From assembly GCA_010356995.1 (NCBI GenBank), contig ML996708.1, positions 372,001-436,000 of the forward strand: a DNA stretch of 64,000 bases, given 5' to 3'. The position numbers were made by a program, and so were the translations under genes. Source of the stretch: Trichodelitschia bisporula (lineage: Eukaryota). Shown here piece by piece: positions 32,255-44,169 of the stretch; position 1 is the stretch's first letter; the number at the start of each line of letters is the position of its first letter. The notes under the pieces were generated by a model. The model was given only the letters and a program-made list of their open reading frames with translations. It had not been told where the DNA came from and searched no databases.

Positions 32255-35146
32255 ATGTCAGAAGTCACAGCTAGACCGGCTGCGGCGCGTGGCAGAGGTG
32301 GACCTCGTGGAGGACGCGGAGGGATGCGCGGCGGCACTCGTGGCCGAGACAGACACTACAATGGCGACTTCAAGGAAACAGCTCCCGTCGAGGATCTTAG
32401 TGATCAAGGCGAAATCGGCGAGATGAAGAAGCAGTTTGCAGCTCAATTGCCAGTACTCAAGGAGCTCTTCGAGCAATGGACCGAGGTCGACCTTCTTTTC
32501 GCTCTGCAGGAGACGGACGGCGATCTTGACAGCACCATCGAACGCATCACTGAAGGTAATATTTTCGCACGATTGTTCTTTCATGAGGTTCTGCTGACCG
32601 AATGACGCGTAGGTCACATTGCCCAGTTTTCCGACGTCAAGAAAGCAGGAGGCCGCGCTCGCCCTAAGGCCAAGGATCACGCAGAACCCCCTCGTCCGCC
32701 TCGCACCAGCCGCACCAACACTGACAGCGCTCGTGGAGGACGCGGACGTGGCGGTGCCCAGATTCGTGGCGGTGCTCGTCCTGGTCGCGGCGGAGTGCAC
32801 ACGGGAACAAATGGTGTCCGCGCTCCTGCGAGTGCCTCTTCATTCCCAGAGCCTTCTGCTTGGGGTGCTTCTGCAGAACCAGCGGAGCCTGCTGGTGCCG
32901 ATAATAGTGCTCCATCGGCTGCCGCTCCTGTTGCGAAGCCCGAGGTTAAAGCTCCTGCTGCTGCTCCTCCAGCTGGCCCGCCGAAGAAGACGTGGGCGAG
33001 CATCGCGAAGCCAGCAGCGCCTCCGGTCATCCCCCAGGCACCTCCTAAGCCTCCGGTAGAGGCTCCGGCGCCGGTTGTCTCGGAACCCACAGCTAGCGAC
33101 ATATCGTCAGGCTATGTGGAAGTGTCGCACTCGGATGCGGACATTGAAGACGTCGCTGCTACGCTCGTGACTGACGATGAACCCGTCACAGAGCCACCAG
33201 ATGTCTCGACCACTACGGAGTCGGCTGCGGAGGAACCTACCATCGAGTTGTCGCCGCCAACGGATCAATTGACGAAAGAGAATGTGGAACATCTTCCTGA
33301 TTCTGCCGGACCAGCTCCCCTCGGAACGGCCGCGAGCACTGTCGACAGCTCAACTCCTTCTGCCCAAGGTCCCCAGACTCAACAAACTCCGGCACGTCCC
33401 GCTCTAGGTGGATTTGCGACTTCTGCTCACAAGGCCGCTGGGACTCCTAGCCGTAATCCTACGTTCCAGCGTCGGCTGCTGGAGCAACAAGAGGCTGTGG
33501 TGATGCCTGGCAACCACGGCCTCGATCGCGCTACCATTCAGTTCGGCAACATGGGCTTGAATGGAGATTCGGACTCGCTTGACGTTGATGAAGATAGGGA
33601 AGAGGCCGAGACGCGGACGCAGCCTCCCCAACACTCGCCGGTCGCCCAGCCACGTGCTTCGCTGCCGCCCGCTCCCCGCCAACCATCCGCAGCTGCACCG
33701 CCTGCGGAAGCTCCCGTCCCGGAGACCAAACCTGCTCCTGGATTGCCGCCTGCTCCTCAGCAAGCTCAACCACTCCCCCAACAATCGCCGCCCTCCACGC
33801 TCGCGTCACAAATCATGGCACAGCAGGGTTCGCAAGGCGCGTATGGACAGTTCAGCCGTTTCGGTCAAGCAAACTTGCCTTCGGAAACGGCTGCGCAGAA
33901 GCCGTTTGCCGATCCGTTTGCCCCGCAAACTACCCAGCAAGCTCCGTTCGACAGCTACCAAGCACCCACGGCTCCCGGCCAGCCGCAGCCCGGGCAGTCG
34001 ACTATTGGTGCTTTCTCATCAGTGGCCAACGATTATTCGTCCTACTACACGGCCGATCAGCGTCAGGCTTACCAGAACTTGTACAACAGCTATGGTCAGC
34101 AGCAGGGAGCGTCGGCTCAACAGGACGCTGGTGCTGCTCAGCAGCGTGCTGGTAGTGCTTTCGGTAATGCCTCGACTGAGAGCAGCTTCCCTACGGGGCA
34201 AGCTCAACAGGTTGGTTTTGACGAGTACGATTTTCGTTTGTCCACTCCTGACAGTTCGCAGCCGCGGTACGCCGAGGCTCAGCAGAGCGGGCACAACACA
34301 CCGAACCAGGCGATTGCCACTCAACACCCGACCACGCAATCGCAACAGGCGCAGCACCTGCACCAACCTCATGGCCAGCAGTACCCGTACACCCACAACC
34401 CGTACTACAACCCTTCATACTACAGCGCGTACATGAACCAGTACCAGCCGTACGGACAACAGAACTTCGGCACTCCATTCAACAAGGGCATGTACAACCA
34501 ACCGCACCACGGCTACGGTATGACATCGCAATCCTCCTACGACCAGCATTCATCATCTCCGGCGGGCGTCGGCAGTTTCGGCCAGTCCTCCATCCACAAC
34601 CGCGACGCCGGCCTCGGCGCCGGTCTCGGCGACTACTCCCGCACGGGCGCTGCCCAACCCTCGCAGGGACAGCATAACTCGGGGAGCAACGCCTTCGGCG
34701 GCTCCGTCCCCGACGTGTTTGCGCGCAACCAGGCCAACTTCCAAGGCCAGGCCCAGCCGTACTCCCAGCAGCAGTCCGGGCAGCAGGCCGGTAACGAGGA
34801 CAGCCTGAAGCCGTTTGGCGAGGGGAAGGCGGGGACTGGACCGAGCCCGAGTGCGCTGGGTCAGCCTGGTCGACCGGGGAGCGCGAATCCGCAGCAGGCG
34901 GCGCAGAGTGGGTTGCCGACGCCGCAGTCTCATCAGCCGGGTGGGTTCGGCGCGTATCCGAATCATCTGGGGCAGATGCAGAGTGGGCAGGCGAGTCAAT
35001 TCGGCTTGGGCGGTCTGGGGCATCAGACGGGGCAGCAGAGCCATCAAGGGGGTGGGTATGGCGGATACACGGGTGGTGGCGGCTTCGGCACCTATGGATC
35101 TTACGGACGGGGTGGTGGCGGGTGGGGTGGGAATTACACCCACTAG
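32255..35146 (+). CDS. DEF1: RNA polymerase II degradation factor 1 (CUE domain, RGG and Gln-rich regions); introns 32556-32612 and ~34211-34261
   Basis: RGG-rich start; CUE-like LKELFEQWTEVDLLFALQETDGDLDSTIERITEG; KKTWASIAK; EQQEAVVMPGNH..QFG; Q/G/Y-rich prion-like tail ending WGGNYTH. Confidence 0.9.
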
Positions 35147-35518
35147 CGAACGAGCGGTTATGCGAGACGAGGTCTAATTTGAGAGACCTTTTGCGGGTTG
35201 TTGCGTGTCATGGATGATTGGGACTTTGTTCGGTGATTGTGTGAGGGGGATTACTACTGGTGTCTTTTTCTCTCTCTGTGTGGGGTGTCATAATCGAGGG
35301 GCACGTCAACCGGGTCACTGTGTGTTCTGTCTTGGGGCCATGGGCGCATTCTGGGCGATGGGAGGGCGGGGTGTGAAATGTACTATGAATTGGGGCCGCG
35401 GGGCTGGGTTTTTTTGCTCCATTTTTGTGCCATTTTGATTTCGTGACTGGTGATACTTTCTGTCAGAGGGCTTCGAAAGCATCTCCCAAATGCTGCGGAG
35501 ATGGACTCGAAGGCCATA

Positions 35519-35607
35519 AGTTGGACTTCACGGGACGAAGTTGGACTTCACGGGACAGAGTTGGACTTCACGGGACAGAGTTGGACTTCACGGGACAAAG
35601 TTGGACT
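35519..35607. repeat. Intergenic 20-bp minisatellite (AGTTGGACTTCACGGGACRR), about 4.5 copies
   Basis: Near-perfect head-to-tail copies differing only at two purine positions. Confidence 0.95.
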
Positions 35608-35849
35608 ACTTTGCGTGGCGCTGGTGATGGAATGGTGGACTTTGTGACTCAGCAGGTAAAATGGGCCGTTATGCAGAGATGGGAATGTTGGTAGTGGTGT
35701 TTCCGCCCGTCCACTCCATGGCGTCGGTGGCTGACGCGCAGCGGCCCCTCCCGCGCCAGGCACAACCTCAACCGGGCGCCCCTGAACAAACTTCTATCAC
35801 AACAAATTCATCCCCAACTCCACCACCACCACACCGCACCACCAACTCA

Positions 35850-36944
35850 ATGCCCCCCAAACACCGTCCCCCAAAGGGCGCAAAAGCCCCCAAACACCAA
35901 GCCCCCCTCCCCGCCCCCTTCGTCCCCGCCCCCACCCACCTCACGCCCTTCCTCAGCACCCTCACCCCAAACACCACCATCCACATCACGCACCTCGACA
36001 CGCACCCAGTCCCCCTCAAACAACGCGCCTTTGCCATCCCCGCCATCCTCAACACCACCCTCATCGCCGCCCTTTTCTACAGAGCCTACACCCGCGCCCC
36101 CTTCTACACCGCCCTCGTCCTGTACGCGCTGCGCCGGCCCACGGCGCCCATCCAAGCGCCCCCCTCCGCCACGGGGCGCGAAATAGCCTGGCTGATAGCG
36201 GTAAGGCTGGGCGCGTTTGCGGTCGATTATATCCTGTTTGCGCTGTTGGCGGCGTGGCCGAGGACGTTTTTTCTTGATCCTGCGAGTCCTTTGCGCTGGC
36301 GTGGGGCGGTGGGGTTTGCAGATAGGGAGCTTGTTGTCCGCAGTAGCACTGGGTTTGATTGTGCGGACCTAGCTCGGGAACTTGGGGAGAGGCCCGATGG
36401 GAGTGGGGAGTGTTTTGGGTGGGTTAGGGATGCGGTTGAGCCTAGGTTGATGGCGCGCACGGGGCTGGCGCAGGTGGGCCCGAGGTGGAGGTTGAATGTG
36501 CCGGCTATGGTGGAGGCGGTTGCGGGGGAGGGGGAGTGGACGGCTGAGGATGTGCATGGGAAGGTGTGGGCGTTTTTTCCTGCGGGCGAGAACGGCGGGA
36601 AGTGGGGGGTTTGGGATGTTGCGCCTATGATTGGGGCTGTGGTTGCGGCGCCTGTGAGGAAGGATGAGGATAAGGAGGCGCAGAGGGAGCGGTTGCTGAG
36701 CGAGGCTGAGAATCCAGCTGGCCGGGCACGGATCTTTGCGATTCAGGATAAGTTGATGGGGATGGGAAAGGAGGAGTTGTTCTACAAGTGGGTGGAGCTT
36801 ATTCAGTATGAGAGTACGAGGCCCGGTGGTTTCGGGGTGGAGGCGCAGGAGAGGGCGGGGGAGAGGGTTAGGGAGTTGTTTGGGAGTTATGGGGTTGATT
36901 TTGAGGGGTTTGAGAGGGAGGTTAACGGGGGGATTGGGGGGTAA
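35850..36944 (+). CDS. Conserved-type fungal hypothetical membrane protein with two predicted TM segments
   Basis: Intronless ORF; IHITHLDTHP..KQRAFAIPAILN, SPLRWRGAVGFADRELVVR and MGKEELFYKWVELIQYES blocks; two hydrophobic stretches. Confidence 0.78.
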   Translation: MPPKHRPPKGAKAPKHQAPLPAPFVPAPTHLTPFLSTLTPNTTIHITHLDTHPVPLKQRAFAIPAILNTTLIAALFYRAYTRAPFYTALVLYALRRPTAPIQAPPSATGREIAWLIAVRLGAFAVDYILFALLAAWPRTFFLDPASPLRWRGAVGFADRELVVRSSTGFDCADLARELGERPDGSGECFGWVRDAVEPRLMARTGLAQVGPRWRLNVPAMVEAVAGEGEWTAEDVHGKVWAFFPAGENGGKWGVWDVAPMIGAVVAAPVRKDEDKEAQRERLLSEAENPAGRARIFAIQDKLMGMGKEELFYKWVELIQYESTRPGGFGVEAQERAGERVRELFGSYGVDFEGFEREVNGGIGG

Positions 36945-37146
36945 TAGAGGGCTCTGATAATAAGGCCAGAGGGATGCGTCTAATACATCATCATCGTCAT
37001 CATGTGTAAGCAACGAGTAAACACATGCTCGAATTCGCGAAGCCGGAATGCTTCAGGAATATCACATCTACCTGAATCCACTCTTCCACCCTCCCCAACC
37101 GTCTTTTCCCACCAAAAACACCCCTCACCACCCTCATCCCACCCTC

Positions 37147-37757
37147 TCAGTACGGCGGCTGTCCCGCCGCCTGCACCACCGTCGGCACACACGCCGGATC
37201 CACCCCATTCCACGTAATCTGCCCCACACATTAGCACTATCTCCCCCTCACATATCAAAACCACTCACCACCGGCACCCCCAGCTGCCCCGGACACAACC
37301 CCCACCCCACGCTCCCCTCCCCCTCCACCCCCAACGCATAACCATCCATAAGACTCAACCCGCCATCCCCCTGCCCCACCCCGTCCAGCGCCGCCCGTAC
37401 TCCATCCGCTCGTTCAAACCTTAGCTGTGCGTTCTGTTCCCCGGCTTGGATGGGCACGGATGCGTAGTCGTAGCTTCCTTGCCCGAAGGCGTCCGGGGCC
37501 GTGGTGTGCAGGGTGCCGTTGGTGAGGGTGAAGAGGGGGAGGGAGAGGTACCCGGGCCCGATTTGGCGGAGGGTGTAGGTGGGGTTGTGGATGGGGGAGA
37601 AGAGGGATGTCGCGTTTGTGGAGTCGGGGGGGGAGGGGCATGAAGGATCTGGAGCGGTAATCAGGTAGAAAGTATCTGGGATGGGGGGGCAGGGGTCGAG
37701 GGGTAAGGAGAGGGTAGGGCGGAAGAGGAGGGGGAGGAGAGTGAGAAGATATAGCAT
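37147..37757 (-). CDS. Small secreted protein (186 aa, 4 Cys); exons 37757-37269 and 37218-37147
   Basis: Signal-peptide-like MLYLLTLLPLLFRPTLSLP; GTGAGT..CTAAT..CAG intron adds ITWNGVDPACVPTVVQAAGQPPY*; TATA-like TTTATAA about 95 bp upstream. Confidence 0.8.
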
Positions 37758-38456
37758 CGTGGGTCCTTTTGGCGGAGTCGAGGCTGAGAGGATGAGGTCG
37801 TGATATCGCCGAGCGCAAGATGCAAGGCTGATCACCCGGCCATCCCGCCTTATAAACATCAGCGCAACAAACAGATCGCCGCAGTCGTCACCTCCCGCCT
37901 AACCATACCCCGGACTATAATGACCGCACATCGCACTCTCTCACCAATTGAAAGGGCTGTCGACAGCCCTTACCTGCCGCCCTTTATTACCCGCCCTATC
38001 GAATCACCCAGCACCCTCCCCGCGTTGGCGCAGGAACGCCCGTTGCAACCCCACAATACCGGCGTGGCCGAATGACACCCACCCTGCGTGGACAGCCTTG
38101 CTGCATGCCCGCTCGAGTCCGGTACCACGTGGGACGGCGTGGGACGGGTGTTACCGATGCAGCGTGTACCTTAGTTGTGATTCTTCATGGTCCCGATATT
38201 ATTGCTCAGCCATTACTTCCCAGCGCGCAACACCGGGGGTATCATCGCGCGGCAACCCGGCTGCACGAAGCCGGAGTATGCGCGACCGCGCTGACCGCCG
38301 TTGCGGAAGCCACGATGGGGATCGGAGATCGCGAACACGCGGAACACTAGGACGACGAGAACCTCACCCCCATATCATCGTTACCCGCCCTCTATGTACC
38401 AGTATACCGTAGTCATACACCTCCCCTCCCCTCCCTCTCACTTCTCCTCACAGCAT

Positions 38457-40133
38457 CTACAAAAAACTAATCCCCACCCCAAAACTAACCCCCTTCCTCG
38501 CCTCCTCCCCCCGTCTAACCGCAACCGGCAGTGAAAAATTGACCTCAAACCTCGCCAACGGATGCGCATACACAATCCCCACCCCCGCCGCCCAACTCGG
38601 CATCCCGTCCCCAAGCCTATGAACCGTGTCCCGCATCCCGCGCGCCACAGCCGCGCTGTCCATTTCCTCGCCCTTGCGGCCGCGGAGACCGAGAAGCCGG
38701 CCGCCGTTTGCGAAGAGTTGGAGACGGAGAGGGGTATCTTTGCCCGTGCGCGGGAAGGGGAGGAGGAGCGAGGCGCCGCCGGCGGCGTAGACGTCGCCGC
38801 CGAGGGCGTCGCCTGCCTCGTGCGGCCCCAGCCCGGAGAGGTGGAAGCCGCGCACGTCGGTTGGGCCGCCGAGTTGGAAGCGGTCGTTGATGCGGCTGGG
38901 CTGCGGGCGCGATGCGGACCCGATGGCAAGTGGGTAGAGCATACCCGCACGGAAGCCTGCGGTGAGTGACACGCCCGAGTCCAAGCCAAAGCCAGGCACC
39001 GGCACCGGGACCGCGGCCGCTGACTCGAGCTCCACCTTCGCAAAGCCGACATCGCCGCCCAGGGGCCCAAAACCCGCGAGCTCAGACACCGTCTTCAGCA
39101 AATAACCGCGGCTCGGCAGGAGTGGATAATCGCGTCTTTCCGCAATCCACGTATGCGCAATCGCCGACTTAAACGTATCGCCCGCATCAAGGCGCACACT
39201 CGGCGCTGCATTCTTCGCCACACCTGTAATCTGCCGCCACACGCCGGAGTACCCAATCTCATGCCTATGCCCACCAGGCGAAAGCCAGCGCAGCTTCGTG
39301 CTGCCCCCAGAAAGGCGCTCCTCGTGACTGGCCCAGGGCTTAAGCGTCGAGCTTACGAGCCCGCCGGCTTCGAAGCGCAGGTCTGGGTTGCTGAGGACGG
39401 GGGAGTCGAAGAAGGCGGAGTAGGCGCTTTTGGTGCGGGTACCGAGGGAGGCGTGGGCGTTAAGCGATTCGGCGCCGCCGAAGAGGTTGCGCAGTTGCAC
39501 GTCGGCGTAGGCAGACCCTTCGGAGTGGCCGGCTTCGGTGCCGGTTTTAACGGTGTATTTGCCCCGCTCTTGGGCGGAGAAGTAGACGGTTAGGTCGGTG
39601 GGGGAGGTGGAGGGCTTGGTGGGGTCGGCGACGTCGACGTAGGCGGAGATTGGTGACTTGTAGATTCCTGTGCTCTGGTTAGGGGACTTCGCGACTGCGG
39701 GCGAGCGTCGTACCGAGCTTCTCCAGTGACGTAGCGACTCTCTGGATTTCCTGCCGCGCCTCAAGTAGTGTAATGGGCTCATCGCCGTCGGCCTTGATCA
39801 ACGGCTTGCATATCCTCTCCAGGAACGTCCGACGAGTAGTGCTCGCGTGCAGCACACGCACTTCTGATATCGTGACTGGAAGTGTGTTGTTGTCGGCAAG
39901 CTGCTGTTGTTAGCGGCATCCGACCATCGTAAAGCATACGCACAATCGACGCTTCCCTCTGCTGCTGGTTCACATACTGCGCGTGAAGGCGGCTGACGAG
40001 TTCCTGGTCCTGCTTCGCCTGCTCCGAGGCTTGCGCCGTCTTCTTCAGCGAGTCGAAGATCTGAGAATGGCCAATTAGCAATGCCCAGAGCAGAAAAGGC
40101 CACGCTCACGTCGTCCTCTAGAGGAGAAGCCAT
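38457..40133 (-). CDS. SAM50: Mitochondrial outer-membrane SAM complex core subunit (Omp85 family); 4 exons
   Basis: POTRA region; RNLFGGAESL; DRFQLGGPTDVRGF; DALGGD; C-terminal beta-signal GVSFGVGISFL; three canonical introns. Confidence 0.96.
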
Positions 40134-40620
40134 TGCAAGGGCGGTTTACAGCTCCTGGAGCTGCAGCGGCGTGGGATGTGTGGGTGTTTGTGCCTCCAAA
40201 TCTCTTGAAGCCGGAGAAAAACGCCGCAGGCCGGGAATGACATCGGAGCCCAGCGAGCTGGCCAGGTACGGGTACGTGTTGCCAAGGCCTGGCGCGACGA
40301 CCTCACCTCTCGCCTCGTCTGGTCTCGACTCTTCCCCCCTTCTCTACCGGTATCTCCTTCAAGCATCTCAGCCACATCATCATGAGTGCACAAAGATACA
40401 CTGAATCTGCCTTGGACCCTCCAATTAATCATCATGTACGGATGTATCGCGAGGGAGACATGTTCCTCCTTGCGCCAATCATCGCCCTACATGATATTTG
40501 TACCACCTCTGGCGCTGAGGCTGAGCCGCGCCATGTCCTTCCTCCCGTAGCTACATAACTATGGCAATACACGCTGAACTCCTCTGGAGTTCGGCTTCCT
40601 GAACTTTACACTCTCTTTCA

Positions 40621-42490
40621 CTGGACCCTCTCTCAATCACCGCCAGCATCGTCGCCTTAACGGGGACCTGCCTGCGGAGCGCGCAATTCCTAACCAAGCT
40701 CCGCAACCTGTACAAAGATGCCGAACTCACGATTACCGCCATGAGCACCGAGTGCACCGTCATCAGTGCCTCGTTGTCTCACGTCCAGTCCTTGGTGCTC
40801 AAAATCCCAAAAGACCGCTCCGCGAAGCTGCAAGCGCTGCATTCGACGCTCGAGACGGCGTTGGCGGGATGCATGGTCGCTGTTACCGTGCTGGAGCAGG
40901 AGCTTGAGAAGCTGGTGCCAGCAGATGAGGTCAACTGGCTCGCGCGTGCGAAACTGGCATGGCAGGACGAGAAGATGAAGGAGTTACTCGCGCAGCTGCA
41001 TGGCCAGCAAAGCAGCCTCACATTGCTAACTCAGTTGCTCAGCTTGTGGGTGATTCCCTATGTAACAGAATGCCTTACTAACACACCAAAGGGAGTCGCT
41101 AGCAGCAGTCGAGGAAGGCGTAAAAGACACAGCGAACATAGTCGCCGAAATGAGGAGCCGGACTGCCCAAATCAGAATCTCAAATCCTGACGTCCGCGCC
41201 CCCGGATCCATCTTCGAAGTGGATTCCGATGTGCGGACCATTACACGAGCCAGGAATCGGGCGAGCTTCGCCCAAAATTCAGTGATCGGATCATCGATAT
41301 TCGAGTTTGACGACGAAGTGGTCGATCCCTTAGTCTATCGCAAGGCTCTCATGGCCGCGCGCCAACAGCCGCAGTCAGAGCACAACCTCCTAAAGAGCGA
41401 ACTCCGACAGCCAGTGTCGACTACAAAGTCGCGCCGGCGCCAGCAGCCAGAACTGGGTGCCAAGCTCAGGGGAATCGCAGAAAGCGGGACTACCTTCATA
41501 GATCTATTTCGCGAACGCACTGCTCCCAAGGATCGCCCCTCTCCTAAATCGAAACGCCTATTTGTATTCCAGGACAAAGCCCCGCCAGATCCGTCTCGGG
41601 ACGAACGGCTGAAGAAACTTCTGAGCGAATCGAAAAGGATCGCCGATATAGCCGTTGCCAGGAGAGATTTGATCTACAAGATTCAGGAGCATGCAAAGGG
41701 GGACCGCCCGTACGTCATTCAAGTGCTTATGCAGGATCCACAGGCAAAAGAAATTCTTGATATCAACTCCCCCGACATCCCCTACGACAAGGATATCATC
41801 GAGCGTGGCGGTACGATGCTACACCAAGCCATCTGGATGAGTGACTTCGACCTCGTAGACACTCTTTTGACGTGCGGTGCTGACCCCTTCCGGCGGGATG
41901 CGGACGGCAATCTGCCAACGGCTATGGCGACTGACGAAGAGCGCGTCATATACTGGGAATCAGCGTGTTGCAATGCAGCGGCAGCCATAGGACCTGTGAT
42001 GCACAAGTTGCTTGAGCACATGTATCGTTGCGCTCAAGGACATCCCCCGATGATAAGTTTTGCAGGCTACATGTACAGGCGAACCGGTGGTGGGGAATTT
42101 GAGGAGGAATGGATTGATCTGCAGCGGGATGTTCTGAGTGCATATCCTTCAGCAGGTAGGTGGCCGTATTTAATCTCGCAGGGGCTGCTGACATTGCCAG
42201 AATCCGCAGGTCTGATACGCTGCGGAAGGGTTGACATGGTGAACGTAATCGATGTCAGACTCGACGACAACGAATCCCCCTCTATCCTTACCATAAAGAT
42301 GGCTGTCATCGGCAAGACACCATGTGATCACCTGGATTGGAGCACTTTAGAAGGCCGAAGACGAATATCTCGCCGACTGTGGAGCAGTTGGGAGGGAGAA
42401 ACAACAAATGTGACGTCAAATCTACGGATCATCACGTGCCAATGCCCCGACACCCGACGCCGAAATAGAAGGCTTAATAAGCGGCCGTAG
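40621..42490 (+). CDS. HeLo-like (fungal STAND N-terminal) domain fused to an ankyrin repeat and PH-like region; begins with CTG (non-AUG start or decaying gene); introns 41046-41091 and 42156-42200
   Basis: CTG-DPLSITASIVALTGTCLRSAQFL..YKDAELTITAMSTECTVISASL..RAKLAWQDEKMKELLAQLHGQQSSLTLL. A phase-2 intron joins ORF 41150..42490, which has FEFDDEVVDPLVYRKAL and ankyrin GGTMLHQAI..LLTCGADPFRRDADGNLP. Confidence 0.75.
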
Positions 42491-42746
42491 CAGCCACGTT
42501 GATTGGCAGATCGGGGTCCGATACTCGTGTCACCTTGTCCGCTCCCACGCCCCAACTCCCAAACGTCCCCCATCATCCCCTCCAGCCGCCTCAATCCTCA
42601 ACTTCGTTTCTTCACCGTCGGCGTCGCACCGTCCCAAACGCCCTCCATCAGGGTTCCGAATCCCGCGCCTCACACTCCTTCAACCCTCGCTCCTCCACAA
42701 TCAAACAACCACTTCATCTCCATCTCCCTCATCATCAGCCTCCCCA

Positions 42747-43580
42747 ATGGCCACCCCCACCGCAACAAAGCGCCTCACCCGCGAATACAGCGCCATAACC
42801 GCAAACCCCCCCCCCTTCATCACAGCCCACCCCTCCGAAAACAACATCCTCGAATGGCACTACATCCTCACCGGCCCCCCGGACACCCCCTACGACGGCG
42901 GCCAGTACTGGGGCACCCTCACCTTCCCCCCGAACTACCCCTACGCCCCGCCCGCCATCCGCATGCACACCCCCAGCGGGCGCTTTCAACCGAGTACGCG
43001 GCTCTGCCTCAGCATTTCGGATTTTCATCCTAAGAGCTTTAATCCCGCGTGGGGTATTAGCACGATCTTGAATGGCTTGTTAAGCTTCATGACGAGCGAC
43101 GAGATGACCACGGGCTCCGTCCGCGCCTCGTCCCAGGAGCGCAAGATCTTCGCCGCGCGGACGCGGTGGTGGAATAGCACCGGTGGTGGGTCCGCCGACC
43201 GTGCGCCCGCCCCGCTGGACGCAAATAACCGTGGTGTCGGCGCGATTCGGAACGGAGACGGGGGCGCGCGGTTCAGGGCCGAGTGGCCGGAGGTGGATGG
43301 CGAGAATTGGGAGTATATGGCGAAGCGCGGGATTGATCCGGCGACGGGAAATGTGGTCCCGCGGCAGCCGGGTAGTGTGTCGTGTACGCCGGCTGCGAAT
43401 GCGTTGAGGCGGCGGCCGACGAATAGTGGGGGTGGGGCGGGGGGGGTGGTTGGCGGGGCGCAGGTTGCGCGGGATGCGGGGGAGGGGTGGATGAGGCGGC
43501 ACAAGTATTTTGTGGGACTCGGGGCGCTGTTTGTGTATGTGCTGCTTACGAGGCTGTTTGCTGAGGGGAGAGTGAGTTGA
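42747..43580 (+). CDS. UBC6: ER tail-anchored ubiquitin-conjugating enzyme E2 (UBE2J2 type)
   Basis: ATKRLTREY, NILEWHY, TPSGRFQPSTRLCLSISDFHPKSFNPAW; C-terminal TM segment. Confidence 0.96.
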   Translation: MATPTATKRLTREYSAITANPPPFITAHPSENNILEWHYILTGPPDTPYDGGQYWGTLTFPPNYPYAPPAIRMHTPSGRFQPSTRLCLSISDFHPKSFNPAWGISTILNGLLSFMTSDEMTTGSVRASSQERKIFAARTRWWNSTGGGSADRAPAPLDANNRGVGAIRNGDGGARFRAEWPEVDGENWEYMAKRGIDPATGNVVPRQPGSVSCTPAANALRRRPTNSGGGAGGVVGGAQVARDAGEGWMRRHKYFVGLGALFVYVLLTRLFAEGRVS

Positions 43581-44169
43581 GCGTAAGGGTGGACTGGAGG
43601 GAGCGAGGGAGGGTTGTCAGGCTCTACGCCAGTGTTATGGGTGCGGCGTCGGTCTCGGTTCTTTGCTGCAATGCGTGCTAGATAGGGCATTTGCGGTGCG
43701 GCCTTAGATGGCTCAAGAATGCTGTTGAGGTGTCATCTACTCATCTCTACCAAACTTTGTGGCACTCATACCGCTTGTGATTACGTCATATGCTGTGGAA
43801 GCGATACCGTAAAACGAGGCTCAACTGGTACTGCTCGAGTCACTCCGGGTCAGGGGGGTGTGAGGAAGCTGCAAGCTTGCTAGAGTATCAGGAGGTTATC
43901 TACTGTTTCCGAAGACGAAGGGGAATCTAGCGGCCCAGATATGGCCTTGAACATATACGACTCCATGCCGTACCCGATATGCCCCCAGAAGACACCTCCA
44001 ACTAAGTAACGCCTACAATTACTGCCGCGCTAGCTCCCCCAATCCCCCGCCCATCATCATGACACATTTCCAGCACCAGCGCAACATCCCCAGCCCTCTC
44101 ACGGCCTCGAATATCCCGCCTTGCCATCCTCTCAGCCAAAAAATCAAACTCCCACCTTCCATCACCCCT

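Noticed and set aside
35519..35607. CRISPR-like array
   Set aside because: Units are head-to-tail with no unique spacers, no cas genes are present, and the context is eukaryotic; it is a minisatellite.
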